From the NCBI GenBank assembly GCA_963840855.1, contig CAWJBB010000027.1, positions 160,001 to 224,000 on the forward strand: a stretch of DNA of 64,000 nucleotides, in the 5' to 3' direction. The position numbers and the translations under genes were made by a program. The notes under the pieces were generated by a model. That model saw nothing but the letters and a program-made list of their open reading frames with translations, was not told where the DNA came from and made no database searches. Of this stretch, positions 51,603 through 62,044 are shown piece by piece. Numbering within the stretch: position 1 is the first letter of the stretch; each line of letters begins with the position of its first letter. Source of the DNA: an uncultured delta proteobacterium. Its GTDB lineage: Bacteria > Desulfobacterota > Binatia > UBA9968.

Positions 51603-54239
51603 ATGACTCAGGAAGAACTGCGGTTACAGGAAGACCGCCAGCACAAGAAAAATTGGAAGCGCTGGGGACCTTATCTTTCCGAGCGCCAGTGGGCCACGGT
51701 GCGCGAAGATTATAGCGAGTACGGCACCGCGTGGGACTATCTGCCCCACGATCACGCCCGTAGCCGCGCCTACCGCTGGGGCGAAGACGGTCTCGGCGGT
51801 ATCTCGGACCGCCATCAATATATCTGTTTCGCCCTAGCCCTCTGGAACGGCAAAGACCCGATCCTCAAAGAGCGGCTCTTCGGGCTCACCGGCAACGAAG
51901 GCAACCATGGCGAGGACGTGAAAGAATATTACTTTTATCTCGACTCGACGCCGACCCACTCCTACATGAAGTTTCTCTACAAGTATCCGCAAGCGGCATT
52001 TCCCTACGCGCGCCTCGTCGAGGAAAATCGCCGGCGCAGCAAGGGCGAGCATGAGTTCGAGTTGATCGACACCGGCGTCTTCGATGACGATCGCTATTTC
52101 GATGTCTCCATCGCATACGCCAAGGCTGGGCCGGACGATATTCTTATTCGCATCGAAGCAACCAACCGCGGCCCCGATCCCGCCGAGTTGCGCCTGTTGC
52201 CGACGATCTGGTTTCGCAACACATGGTCCTGGGATTTTGATGCGCGCAGGCCGCGCGTCAGTCGCGACGAGACTACCGAGATCGCCGCGCTTAAAATTTC
52301 TCACCAATATTATGGCAACCGCTGGCTTTACTGCGAAGGCGGTCCGGAGCTTCTCTTTACCGAAAACGAGACCAACCAGCAGAGACTTTTTGGCGGGGAA
52401 AACAGCGCATCGCACGTAAAGGACGGTATCAACGACTACATTGTCCACGGCGCTAAGGAGGCGGCGAGCCCAAACGGTCCCGGCACGAAGGCGTCCGCAC
52501 ACTACCAAAGGATGCTCGCCGCCGGCGAGTCCACGACCGTTCGGCTTCGGCTTTGCGACAAAACTCAGGGCGGCGCCGCGCTGGACGGCAATTTCGACCG
52601 CATCTTCGCCGATCGCGCAAATGAGGCCAGCGAGTTCTACGCCACGGTCATACCCGACGCGGTTGCGCCGGACCGCCAGAACATCATGCGCCAGGCGCTC
52701 GGCAGCCTGCTGTGGAGCAAACAGTTTTATCATTACGATTTAAAGCGCTGGCTTAAAGGCGATCTCGGCGGTCCGGATAGTCCTCCGGCGCGCACGAACG
52801 GGCGCAACCGCGAATGGCGCCATCTCTACAACGCCGACGTGATCTCCATGCCCGACAAGTGGGAGTATCCCTGGTACGCTGCTTGGGACCTGGCCTTTCA
52901 CTGCATTGCGCTGGCGTTGGTGGATTCCGATTTCGCCAAGGAACAACTCCTGCTCATGACCCGCGAGTGGTACATGCATCCCAACGGCCAATTGCCGGCC
53001 TATGAATGGGCGTTCGGCGACGTCAATCCGCCGGTGCACGCCTGGGCGGCTTGGCGCGTTTATAAAGTCGAAATGAAACGGCGCGGCGCGGGCGACCGAA
53101 GATTTCTCGAACGAATTTTTCAGAAACTGCTCCTCAACTTCACCTGGTGGGTCAACCGCAAAGACACCGAAGGGCGCAATGTTTTTCAAGGCGGCTTTCT
53201 CGGCCTCGATAATATCGGCGTCTTCGACCGCAGCGCGCCGCTCCCCACCGGCGGCCATATCCAACAATCCGATGGCACCAGCTGGATGGGCATGTATTGC
53301 CTCAACATGCTCGCCATCGCGCTGGAATTGGCGCGCGAGAATACCGCCTACGAAGACGTGGCCAGCAAATTCTTCGAACACTTCGTTTACATTTGCGAAG
53401 CGATGAACAATCTCGGCAACGCAAAGATCGAATTATGGGATGCCAAGGATGGCTTCTATTACGACGTGCTGCACTACGACAACGGCCAAAATACGCCGCT
53501 GAAGGTGCGCTCCATGGTCGGGCTGATTCCGCTATTTGCCGTCGAGACCCTCGATCCGGAACTGGTAGACAGTCTCCCCGGCTTCAAGCGGCGCATGCAA
53601 TGGTTTATCGAAAACCGGCCGGAGCTGGGTGATCATATCGAAACCGAATCGACGGAAAATGGTCCGCGCCGTTTTCTCGCGCTGGTAAACCGGCATCGTT
53701 TGAAAAAAGTGCTCGGCTACATGCTCGACGAAAGTGAATTTTTGTCGCCCTACGGCATTCGCGCGCTGTCGCGTTATCACCGCGACCATCCCTATATTAT
53801 GGCCGTGAACGGCAACGAGCACCGGGTGGATTACGAGCCGGCGGAATCTAGCACCGGCCTATTCGGCGGCAACTCCAACTGGCGCGGCCCCATCTGGTTC
53901 CCGGTGAATTATTTGCTCATCGAATCGCTGCAGAAATTTCACTACTTTCTGGGAGACAATTACAAAGTAGAGTGCCCCACCGGCTCCGCCAACACCGCAA
54001 CCCTCTGGCAAGTCGCCGGGGAAATCTCGCACCGCCTCACGCGCATTTTTGAACGGGGCGAAAATGGCCGCCGGCCGGTGTTCGGCGGCACGGAAAAATT
54101 TCAGACCGATCCCCATTGGCGTGACCTCATACCGTTTTACGAATGCTTTCACGGCGACAACGGCGCGGGTATCGGCGCCAGCCATCAAACCGGCTGGACC
54201 TCCCTGGTGGCGAAACTGATCCAGCAGTACGGCGGATAA
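51603..54239 (+). CDS. MGH1-like glycoside hydrolase (GH63 glucosidase)
   Basis: [46 protein letters not shown]. Confidence 0.92.
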   Translation: MTQEELRLQEDRQHKKNWKRWGPYLSERQWATVREDYSEYGTAWDYLPHDHARSRAYRWGEDGLGGISDRHQYICFALALWNGKDPILKERLFGLTGNEGNHGEDVKEYYFYLDSTPTHSYMKFLYKYPQAAFPYARLVEENRRRSKGEHEFELIDTGVFDDDRYFDVSIAYAKAGPDDILIRIEATNRGPDPAELRLLPTIWFRNTWSWDFDARRPRVSRDETTEIAALKISHQYYGNRWLYCEGGPELLFTENETNQQRLFGGENSASHVKDGINDYIVHGAKEAASPNGPGTKASAHYQRMLAAGESTTVRLRLCDKTQGGAALDGNFDRIFADRANEASEFYATVIPDAVAPDRQNIMRQALGSLLWSKQFYHYDLKRWLKGDLGGPDSPPARTNGRNREWRHLYNADVISMPDKWEYPWYAAWDLAFHCIALALVDSDFAKEQLLLMTREWYMHPNGQLPAYEWAFGDVNPPVHAWAAWRVYKVEMKRRGAGDRRFLERIFQKLLLNFTWWVNRKDTEGRNVFQGGFLGLDNIGVFDRSAPLPTGGHIQQSDGTSWMGMYCLNMLAIALELARENTAYEDVASKFFEHFVYICEAMNNLGNAKIELWDAKDGFYYDVLHYDNGQNTPLKVRSMVGLIPLFAVETLDPELVDSLPGFKRRMQWFIENRPELGDHIETESTENGPRRFLALVNRHRLKKVLGYMLDESEFLSPYGIRALSRYHRDHPYIMAVNGNEHRVDYEPAESSTGLFGGNSNWRGPIWFPVNYLLIESLQKFHYFLGDNYKVECPTGSANTATLWQVAGEISHRLTRIFERGENGRRPVFGGTEKFQTDPHWRDLIPFYECFHGDNGAGIGASHQTGWTSLVAKLIQQYGG

Positions 54240-54366
54240 CACGCTAACGTAGTGTCTCAGAAATTCGAGGACCAATACAATGCCTCCCAGTCGTCATTGC
54301 CGCGGAAGGAGGCGCAATCTCTGATACAATGGCGATCTGACAGCTAAACAATTGGCTTGAGTCAAC

Positions 54367-55695
54367 ATGGAGCAAGCAAAACAGGACCGCTTACAAATTC
54401 TTTTACCCGGCTTAGGGCTTTTTCTTCTGACCGCGGCCTTCATCATCGCCAAGACCGGGCGCGATGCGCTGTTTTTCCAAGGGAAAGGCATCTTTCAACT
54501 GCCCGTCGCTACCATGACCATCGCCGCCGCGTCCCTCCCCCTCGCCATGATCTTCGTCAAGGCGATGAAAACTTGGGGCGCGCGGCCGGCGCGCATCGGC
54601 ATCATGCTTTTCGCGGCGGTGGTTCTCGCGCTGTCCGCGCCGTTTCTTCGAGCTGGCGACTCCGCCTTACTCTTTAATATTTTCATTTTTATCCCGGCCA
54701 TTTTCGGCATCATGTTCGCCAGCCTCTGGCTGCTCGCCAGCGATATCTTCGAGCACACGCCGAAGCCGGAAGCGGTGCGCGCATTCAGCCGGATCGGCGC
54801 CAGTTCTCTAGCCGGTGGTATCCTGGGCGGTTTCATCGCCAAGGGGCTGGTGCCTTTGACGGAGCCGAAGTGGTTAATCTTTCTCGGCGCGCTCGTGATT
54901 CTTGGGGTCGCAGCCTTGGTGGTTGGCACACATCGGCGCTTTCCAACCAATATCGGGCCAAAGCAAGCGCAGGGACAAAAGGGCTTCGGCTATTTCGCGC
55001 CGCTGACGAATCGCTATGCAATCACGCTAATGTTCATTGCCATGACCGGCGCCCTGGCCGGATTGTTGATCGACGTGCAGTTTTATATCTCGGCTACCAG
55101 CGCAAGCATGGGCTCGAAAGGCAATGCCAATTTCTTCGCCAATTTTTACATCATGCTCAATTTTAGTTCGCTGCTTCTGCAACTCTTTGCGGCGCCCAAA
55201 ATCCAGGACAAGATCGGCATTCGGGGCGGTTTGACGGTCTTGCCCTTCGCGCTGGTCGGTGGCGCGAGTTTTGCCAGCGCCGCCGCAACGGCGTTCAGCC
55301 TGTCGGTGTTACGGGTGACCGAAGGCGGGTTGCGCTCATCGATCCACCGTTCGATTTGGGAACAGGCTTTTATCCCCGTCGATTCGAGCGAACGGTCCGT
55401 CGTAAAGCTTGCCATCGACGGCATCGGCGCGCGTATCGCCGAAGGGATCGGCGCGGCGGGACTGTACTTTTGGGTTCAGCGTGTCGCCCCAGGCGGCGTC
55501 GTCACAGGGGCACTGGACACAAGCTGGATGGCCTGGGTCACCCTCGCGACTGTCATCGTCTGGTTGGTGATAACGCAAAAACTGCGCGTTCAAGGCAAGC
55601 GAGAGGCCGGCAAAGCCCGAGCGCCTGAGATGGACTGCGAACGCTTCCCCGACCAATGCCCGTGCACGACTGAGTTGGGGAAAGGCATCGCGTGA
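54367..55695 (+). CDS. MFS-fold transporter, Npt/ATP-ADP translocase-like
   Basis: About 12 TM segments; KTGRDALF, LWLLASDIF, LRSSIHRSIWEQAFIPV. Confidence 0.75.
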   Translation: MEQAKQDRLQILLPGLGLFLLTAAFIIAKTGRDALFFQGKGIFQLPVATMTIAAASLPLAMIFVKAMKTWGARPARIGIMLFAAVVLALSAPFLRAGDSALLFNIFIFIPAIFGIMFASLWLLASDIFEHTPKPEAVRAFSRIGASSLAGGILGGFIAKGLVPLTEPKWLIFLGALVILGVAALVVGTHRRFPTNIGPKQAQGQKGFGYFAPLTNRYAITLMFIAMTGALAGLLIDVQFYISATSASMGSKGNANFFANFYIMLNFSSLLLQLFAAPKIQDKIGIRGGLTVLPFALVGGASFASAAATAFSLSVLRVTEGGLRSSIHRSIWEQAFIPVDSSERSVVKLAIDGIGARIAEGIGAAGLYFWVQRVAPGGVVTGALDTSWMAWVTLATVIVWLVITQKLRVQGKREAGKARAPEMDCERFPDQCPCTTELGKGIA

Positions 55696-55729
55696 CCTGT
55701 AGGCTGCAATTGACTGAAATAATGATCAC

Positions 55730-56692
55730 ATGGAATCTCTAGTTTACCGGCATAATCGCGTTACAAGGCTTACCCACTGGGTCAATGTTCTCGCACTGCC
55801 GATTCTCTTGATGAGCGGGCTGCAAATCTTCAACGCCCATCCGCATCTCTACTGGGGTCATAGGTCGGACCCCGGCACGGCCCTGCTGTCCATCTCGTCC
55901 AGCGGAGCGCCTGGTGATGCGCGCGGCTACGTGGAACTGTTCGGACAACGGATCGAGACGACGGGTCTCCTCGGTGTCCAGCACACAGATACGGGAATAG
56001 TCCACCAGGCTTTTCCCGGCTGGCTCACGATTCCGAGCTATTTTTGGTTGGCTGGCGGGCGCCACTGGCATTTCTTTTTTGGTTGGGTCTTTTTCTTCAA
56101 CGGCATGCTCTATGTGATCTACAACCTGCTGAACGGCCATATGCGCAAATTTTTCTTGACGCCGCGCGACGCCGCGAAGATACCGGCGATGGCGCTTTAC
56201 TATCTCCGTCTACGCAAAGACTCGCCGCAGGTCGGCGAATACAACCCCATGCAGAAGATGGCCTACACCGGCGTTTTTCTCTTGCTCACCCCTGTGATCA
56301 TGCTTTCGGGTATGGCTATGTCGCCGCAGTTAAACCAGGCCTTCAACTGGCTCCCGGCTATGTTCGGCGGGCGCCAAGCGGCGCGCACAATTCACTTTCT
56401 TTTGACTTTCGCCTTCGCTGCATTTGTGTTCGGCCATGTCTTCATGGTGCTGACGACCGGAGTGTTCAATAACATGCGCTCGATGATCAGCGGCTGGTAT
56501 AAAGAAAAAGTCCCCGCTCCCGCGGAGCCGCCGGAGGTAGAAACCATTTCCCTCAATGAAGCGGCGCCGCAGCCAATAGTGGAAACGACAATCCCGGCTG
56601 AGCGGCGGGAACCGGGCCCGGAATCGCCGGCGGGCTCGGGAGAAGCCACAGCGGAAAGCCAAAAAACGGGAGGCAAAAATGACGCAGCGTAA
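55730..56692 (+). CDS. Cytochrome b/b6 (Ni-hydrogenase b-type) membrane protein
   Basis: RLTHWVN...MSGLQIFNAHP; WHFFF; YNPMQKMAY; ARTIHF; HVFMV. Confidence 0.9.
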   Translation: MESLVYRHNRVTRLTHWVNVLALPILLMSGLQIFNAHPHLYWGHRSDPGTALLSISSSGAPGDARGYVELFGQRIETTGLLGVQHTDTGIVHQAFPGWLTIPSYFWLAGGRHWHFFFGWVFFFNGMLYVIYNLLNGHMRKFFLTPRDAAKIPAMALYYLRLRKDSPQVGEYNPMQKMAYTGVFLLLTPVIMLSGMAMSPQLNQAFNWLPAMFGGRQAARTIHFLLTFAFAAFVFGHVFMVLTTGVFNNMRSMISGWYKEKVPAPAEPPEVETISLNEAAPQPIVETTIPAERREPGPESPAGSGEATAESQKTGGKNDAA

Positions 56693-57452
56693 AGTGAATC
56701 GTTGGCGGCGCGATTTCCTTCATCGCGCGTTACAAGGTGCCGGGTTAATCGTCCTCGCCGGTTGCGACAAACTCTACGAAACCGAAACTTTCCAGGCAAT
56801 CTTAAATACCGCGGAAGGCGCCAACCGCAGGATCCAGCGCTTGCTCACGCCGAAAAACAAACTCGCGCAGGAGTTCGGCGAAAAAGATATCTCGGCCGTG
56901 TTCAGGGCGAATGGCAATCCCGCGCCGAATACGCCGGAGTATCTGGCCGATGCCGCCAATCAGTGGAGCGCCTGGCGTTTGGAGGTCAACGGCCTGGTGG
57001 CGCAGCCGCGCGAGTTTTCACTGGCCGAATTGAAAACGATGCCATCGCGCACACAGATTACGCGTCACGATTGCGTCGAAGGGTGGAGCGCCATCGCCAA
57101 GTGGAAAGGCGTGCCGCTGGCGCAGATCATCGAGCGGGTGCAGCCCAAAGCAGAAGCCAAGTATGTCGTCTTTCGTTGCCTGGATACCAATTCCCGCGGC
57201 AATCATTATTATGAAAGCATCAGCCTCGAAGACGCGCTGCATCCGCAGACTATTCTCGCCTACGACATGAACGACAAGCCCGTGCCCGTCGCTAACGGCG
57301 CGCCGCTGCGCTTGCGGGTCGAGAACCAGCTTGGCTACAAGCACGCCAAATACCTCCGCGCGCTGGAGTTCGTCGCGAGCTTCGAACAGATCGAAAAAGG
57401 CAAGGGCGGTTACTGGGAAGACCGCGGCTACGAATGGTACGCTGGAATCTGA
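56679..57452 (+). CDS. Molybdopterin-dependent oxidoreductase (MsrP/sulfite oxidase-like), Tat-exported
   Basis: RRDFL signal; TRHDCVEGWSAIAKWKGV; GAPLRLR; GYKHAKY; GGYWEDRGY. Confidence 0.92.
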   Translation: MTQRKVNRWRRDFLHRALQGAGLIVLAGCDKLYETETFQAILNTAEGANRRIQRLLTPKNKLAQEFGEKDISAVFRANGNPAPNTPEYLADAANQWSAWRLEVNGLVAQPREFSLAELKTMPSRTQITRHDCVEGWSAIAKWKGVPLAQIIERVQPKAEAKYVVFRCLDTNSRGNHYYESISLEDALHPQTILAYDMNDKPVPVANGAPLRLRVENQLGYKHAKYLRALEFVASFEQIEKGKGGYWEDRGYEWYAGI

Positions 57453-57555
57453 AGCCGAGGGGTTGAATCCCGAGTCCGGGCCTTTCTCTCCACCGGCTCC
57501 GCAGCGGCGCGCCTTCGGTCGCATTATCGCCGTGGATGCGCTAATGAATGGTGTC

Positions 57556-58467
57556 ATGCGTATCTGTTCATTGTTGCCGGGCGCGACGGAGATTCTCTAT
57601 CGCCTGGGTCTGGGAGACCAGATCGTCGGCGTCACTCATGAGTGCGATTATCCGCCCGAGGCCAAACAAAGACCGGTGGTCGTGCGCAGCGCCATCGATT
57701 CCCACCGGCTTACCAGCGGCGAAATTGACCGCAAAGTCGGCGAAATTCTCGCCGGCGGCAACGCTCTTTACTGCATCGACGAACCCGCGTTCATCGAAGC
57801 CGCGCCAGATCTAATCTTAACGCAAAGCCTCTGCGACGTTTGCGCGTTGGATTATAACTCCGTCACCCGCGCCGCTGAGCTTCTGCCGCGCCCGCCGGTC
57901 ATTGTATCGCTGAATCCGCATAGCTTGACCGAACTGCTCGACGATATCCTGCGCATCGGCGCCGCGACAAAGTCCAATGACGCGGCCGCCAACCTCGTGC
58001 GCAACTTCAAATCGCGCATTGACACGGTGGGCAGCCGCGAGCCCGACCGGCGCCCGCGGGTGGTTTGTCTCGAATGGTTCGAACCGCTTTACGTGGCCGG
58101 CCACTGGGTGCCCGAAGTGGTCGAGCTTGCGGGCGGTGACGACGTTTTGGGCCGCGCCGGCGAACCTTCAGCAAAGACGGAATGGCAGCGCGTCGTTGGG
58201 GCGCAACCGGATGTGCTTTTGCTTATGCCATGCGGCTTCGATGTGCGCCGGACCATGCGCGAAGCAACGCCCCTGCGCCGGCTTGAGGGATGGAACGAAC
58301 TCCCGGCAGTCAAGACTGGAAACGTCTTTGCCCTCAATGGCAGTGCCTACTTCAGCCGCCCGGGACCGCGTCTCGTGGACGGGCTGGAAATTCTCGCCCG
58401 CATCCTTCATCCCGGCCATTTCTCAAGCGAACCATCGCCCATCGACGCAAAAAGAGTTATTCATTAA
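57556..58467 (+). CDS. Cobalamin/Fe-siderophore periplasmic-binding (BtuF-like) protein
   Basis: MRICSLLPGATEIL...VGVTHECDYP; FSRPGPRL. Confidence 0.88.
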   Translation: MRICSLLPGATEILYRLGLGDQIVGVTHECDYPPEAKQRPVVVRSAIDSHRLTSGEIDRKVGEILAGGNALYCIDEPAFIEAAPDLILTQSLCDVCALDYNSVTRAAELLPRPPVIVSLNPHSLTELLDDILRIGAATKSNDAAANLVRNFKSRIDTVGSREPDRRPRVVCLEWFEPLYVAGHWVPEVVELAGGDDVLGRAGEPSAKTEWQRVVGAQPDVLLLMPCGFDVRRTMREATPLRRLEGWNELPAVKTGNVFALNGSAYFSRPGPRLVDGLEILARILHPGHFSSEPSPIDAKRVIH

Positions 58468-58469
58468 AC

Positions 58470-58883
58470 ATGCTCGGTCGGATTTTACTGTTTTTCACCA
58501 TCGTGCCGCTGGTGGAGCTTCTCATTTTGATCAAGATCGGCGGCCACATCGGCGCGCTCAACACAATACTCCTGGTCATCTTTACCGTATTGCTCGGCGC
58601 CATGCTTGTGCGCGTGGAAGGCCTGCGCACTCTGCGGCAAATTCAATCAAGCCTGGCGCAAGGTCAATTACCGGCGGAAGAGTTGATCGACGGCGTACTG
58701 ATCTTCGTCGGCGGCATTCTCCTGCTTACCCCCGGCGTGCTGACCGATCTGTTCGCGCTCGTCTTGCTGTTGCCCTACACGCGGATGCATTTCAAACGCT
58801 GGTTGCGGCGCCGATTCGACCGCATGGTCGCGTCGGGCAACGTCCGGCTAAATTATCGCCGTGGCGACCCGCGCAGCTTCTGA
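58470..58883 (+). CDS. fxsA: FxsA family membrane protein
   Basis: PLVELLILIKIG...GGILLLTPGVLTD. Confidence 0.9.
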   Translation: MLGRILLFFTIVPLVELLILIKIGGHIGALNTILLVIFTVLLGAMLVRVEGLRTLRQIQSSLAQGQLPAEELIDGVLIFVGGILLLTPGVLTDLFALVLLLPYTRMHFKRWLRRRFDRMVASGNVRLNYRRGDPRSF

Positions 58884-60225
58884 GCGGACGGAAACGATTT
58901 CCGCCGGCCAGCATCTCCGAGACATTCTCCGCCTCGCTGTTCCGGCCATGCTGGCGTTGGCCAGCCAACCGCTCTTGAACATCGGTGAGACCGCGATGAT
59001 CGGCAAACTGGGCGCCGAACCGCTGGCGGCGCGCGCCATCGGCGCCGCCCTCACCGGCGCCATCTACTGGGTGTTCGCCTTTTTGACCTTTGGCTCGACA
59101 ACTTTGATCGGCCATCACTATGGCGCGAGAGAATTCAGAGCCTGCGGCGAAATATTCTCTCACGCCGTTTTCCTGGCGCTGCTCGGCGGATTTTTCATTG
59201 CTGCTCTTTGCATCATCTTCGCCAAGAATCTCTTCCAGCTGATGGGCGCGGGGCCGGCGGTGGCGCGGGAGGGAATTCCATATTTCAGGTTGGTTATCGC
59301 GAGCGCGCCGCTCACTTTAGTCTCCCTCGCGTCGGTGGGATTTTTCCGCGGCGTTCAAGACACGCGCACGCCGTTGCTGGTGGCATTTTTTACCAGCGGC
59401 CTGCAACTAACTTTCGATTACGGTCTGATTTACGGCCGCTTGGGCGCGCCTCGTCTCGGGCTCACCGGCGCGGGAGTGGCGGCTTTGGCGGCACAACTGG
59501 CGGGCGCCTTCGCGTATCTCGTGATTTTCTTTGTCTCTCGGAAGACCGCGGCCTTTCGAGCTCTCCCGTGGCGATTTTCTGGCGCCGAACTGCGCCCGCT
59601 ATTTCGCATCGGCCAGGATCTGGCTATTCGCACCGGCGCGCTGCGCGGTTCGCTTATCTTTGCCACCGGCACAGCCGCGCGTATGGGCGCTGCGACTTTA
59701 TCCGCTTACGAGATTGCCTTTCAGCTGTTCATGCTTTGTTCCGACATTATCGACGGCCTGGCGGTGGCTGGCCAAGCGCTGGCCGCCAAATTTCTCGGCT
59801 CGAACCAGAAAGCCGCCGCGTATCGGATGGGCAAGATTCTCATTCTTTTGGGCGCAGCGGCGGGTCTGCTTTTCACTTTGGCGTTCCTTGGCGGGGGCGG
59901 AGCCATTGTCGCTCTTTTCACGACGAGTCCTGAAGTCATGGTCTCTTTGAGCGGCGGCTTACTTTTACTGGTGGCGTTATTGCAACCGCTGAACGGCGTC
60001 GTGTTCGTCCTCGACGGATTCCTCATCGGCGCGCGCGACACGCGTTATCTCATGTGGGCCATGCTTATCGGCGGGTTGGGGATTTTCGTGCCGATCTCGT
60101 GGCTTTCTCTGCGCTACGGCTGGGGACTAACGGGCATTCTGACCGGCATCGGCGCGCTGATGTTTTGGCGCCTGGCGACTAATTTCTATCGCTTCGTCAA
60201 CGAGTCATGGATGAAGCAGGGTTGA
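58861..60225 (+). CDS. MATE family efflux transporter (DinF-like)
   Basis: LAVPAM...FFRGVQDTRTP...DGLAVAGQAL. Confidence 0.92.
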   Translation: MATRAASERTETISAGQHLRDILRLAVPAMLALASQPLLNIGETAMIGKLGAEPLAARAIGAALTGAIYWVFAFLTFGSTTLIGHHYGAREFRACGEIFSHAVFLALLGGFFIAALCIIFAKNLFQLMGAGPAVAREGIPYFRLVIASAPLTLVSLASVGFFRGVQDTRTPLLVAFFTSGLQLTFDYGLIYGRLGAPRLGLTGAGVAALAAQLAGAFAYLVIFFVSRKTAAFRALPWRFSGAELRPLFRIGQDLAIRTGALRGSLIFATGTAARMGAATLSAYEIAFQLFMLCSDIIDGLAVAGQALAAKFLGSNQKAAAYRMGKILILLGAAAGLLFTLAFLGGGGAIVALFTTSPEVMVSLSGGLLLLVALLQPLNGVVFVLDGFLIGARDTRYLMWAMLIGGLGIFVPISWLSLRYGWGLTGILTGIGALMFWRLATNFYRFVNESWMKQG

Positions 60226-60267
60226 ATGTTTGACCGTTCGGAATACCGGTGATAGCGTCGGCGCAAA

Positions 60268-60500
60268 TCACGTAGCGCGGCAAAGCCGCAACCGAAACTC
60301 GGATTATCTCGCGCAAAGCATGTCCTGAGCAAAGTCGAAGGGACGCAAAGGCCGCAAAGGTCGGAAAATGACGGTGAAAAATTCTTCAAGATAATTCATC
60401 TCTTCCCTCCGAACTTGGCGTGCTTTGCGCCTTGACGGCGGGAGTCAATTCCCCGAGTTCGAGTATTCCAGCTCACCGGAAAATTTGCGCAAGCCGCGGA
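60268..60500. repeat. Intergenic REP/MITE-like element
   Basis: CGCAAAG repeats with reverse copy CTTTGCG; embedded TCCTGAGC..TCGAAGGGA palindrome. Confidence 0.45.
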
Positions 60501-60534
60501 AACTGTGAACTATCGTAGTACAGGAGAGAGCATC

Positions 60535-61267
60535 ATGAACAAGAGCATTGTCGTTACCGGCGGCGCGGGCGGTATCGGTTCGGAAATTTGCCAAGGGCTG
60601 GCCGCGGACGGCTTGAAAGTCGTTGTCGCGGACTTCAATAGTGAGGCCGCGGAAAAGGTCGCCGCCGACATCCGCGGCGCCAAGGGTGACGCCATTGCGG
60701 TGCAAGTCGACGTCGGCGATCCCAAGAGCGTGGCCGCGATGATGGCACAAGCCATCGCCAAGTACGGCCAGGTCGATAACATGTTTTGTGGCGCCGGCAT
60801 CATGGACCGGGTCCCGATCATCGAAATGCCGGAGGAAATGTGGGACCGGCTGATGCGAATTAATTTGAAGGGCGTATTTCTCTGCGCTCAGGCGGCGGCA
60901 AAACACATGATTCCGAGAAAAGAAGGACGGATCTTGAGCATCGCCTCAGGCCGCGGTGTCGCGGGACAGGCGCGGTCGGCGCACTACGCGGCGTCTAAAG
61001 CCGGGGTCATCGCATTTACCAAGTCATTGGCCGCCGAACTGGCGGAGCACAACATCACGGTGAACTGTGTCTGCCCCGGCGCCACCGACACGCCAATGTC
61101 GAGAATCGGCTACACGCCGGAAGAATTCAAAAAGCGCGAAGCTGATCCCGCCACTGCTGGACGGTCTCACACAAAAATTCGAAATCGTCGGTCTGGTTCG
61201 TTATTTGCTGAGCGACGCAGCCAAATTCGTCACCGGACAGACTTATTTTCTGCGTACCCCCAAGTAG
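60535..61267 (+). CDS. SDR family oxidoreductase (3' frameshift)
   Basis: TGGAGGIG, YAASK, VCPG; second frame FVTGQT. Confidence 0.9.
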
Positions 61268-61744
61268 AATGCGCCGGCGCTGATTTTGTGGAGAGTGTTC
61301 GTGTATCGTGATCGTGGATAGTGTTCGTCATCCGAGCACGAAACGCGAGCACAAGCAAAAGTCATTCATTTTAAAGCGCGGCTACTCAAGCTTGCGCTGC
61401 ACGTTTTTTCTTATCCATGGGACATTGATCGGACGTTGTTGACTAGCAGGAATAACTCCAACTGCGCGGATCCGTTCTCAACATCTGGAGGAAGACTATT
61501 CCACTTAGATAACAATTTCGATTTCCCCACGCGATTTCCCTTCACGTTTCGCTCCTCCGCACTCCGATTAGATCTATTCCAATCGCTTGATCCTCAGCCA
61601 AACCGGTTCTGCCATAGCGCCGACGATCCGCCTCGGCCCGCACTCACGCAAGAGGTCAAACTGCGTCGACATCAGCCACCTCAGGCCGAAGCCGGGCCCA
61701 AAGACTCCCCGCAACAGCGCAATCTCAACCAAACACTCGTGCGC

Positions 61745-61810
61745 TTGACGACTCGCCGGTTCGGCGATATAGCTCCCGTCAGAGAAAAAGGGTGTTTAAA
61801 TTTCCTATAC
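61745..61810 (+). mobile_element. IS91/ISCR oriIS-like end with outward promoter (copy 3, diverged)
   Basis: TTGACG-17-TATAGC...AGAGAAAAAGGGTGTTTAAATTTCCTATAC. Confidence 0.6.
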
Positions 61811-61822
61811 GTAGTGTGGTTT

Positions 61823-62044
61823 ATGGAATACTTGGTTGTGCGTTTTCCTCGATCTCGTCGAGTAGTGGTAGACGATGAGTTTAACGGTCGTACCGATGAT
61901 CTGATTGAACTCGAGGCCGGTCGACATGTTGTGTCGTTGGGGCCACCTTACAATTACACGCCGGAGGAGCAAACCATCATCTTGAAGGACACGGCCGAAC
62001 TCGAGCTGCGCGAGGTGAGCTTTGATCTGTCGTCTGATGCCTAG
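61823..62044 (+). CDS. Small PEGA-like beta protein
   Basis: MEYLVVRFPRSRRVVVDDEFNGRTDDLIELEAGRHVVSL. Confidence 0.6.
   Translation: MEYLVVRFPRSRRVVVDDEFNGRTDDLIELEAGRHVVSLGPPYNYTPEEQTIILKDTAELELREVSFDLSSDA

Noticed and set aside
60310-60360. c-di-GMP-I riboswitch (GGGACGCAAAG)
   Set aside because: Lacks the GNRA-capped P2 and P3 receptor; explained by a REP-like palindrome inside CGCAAAG repeats.
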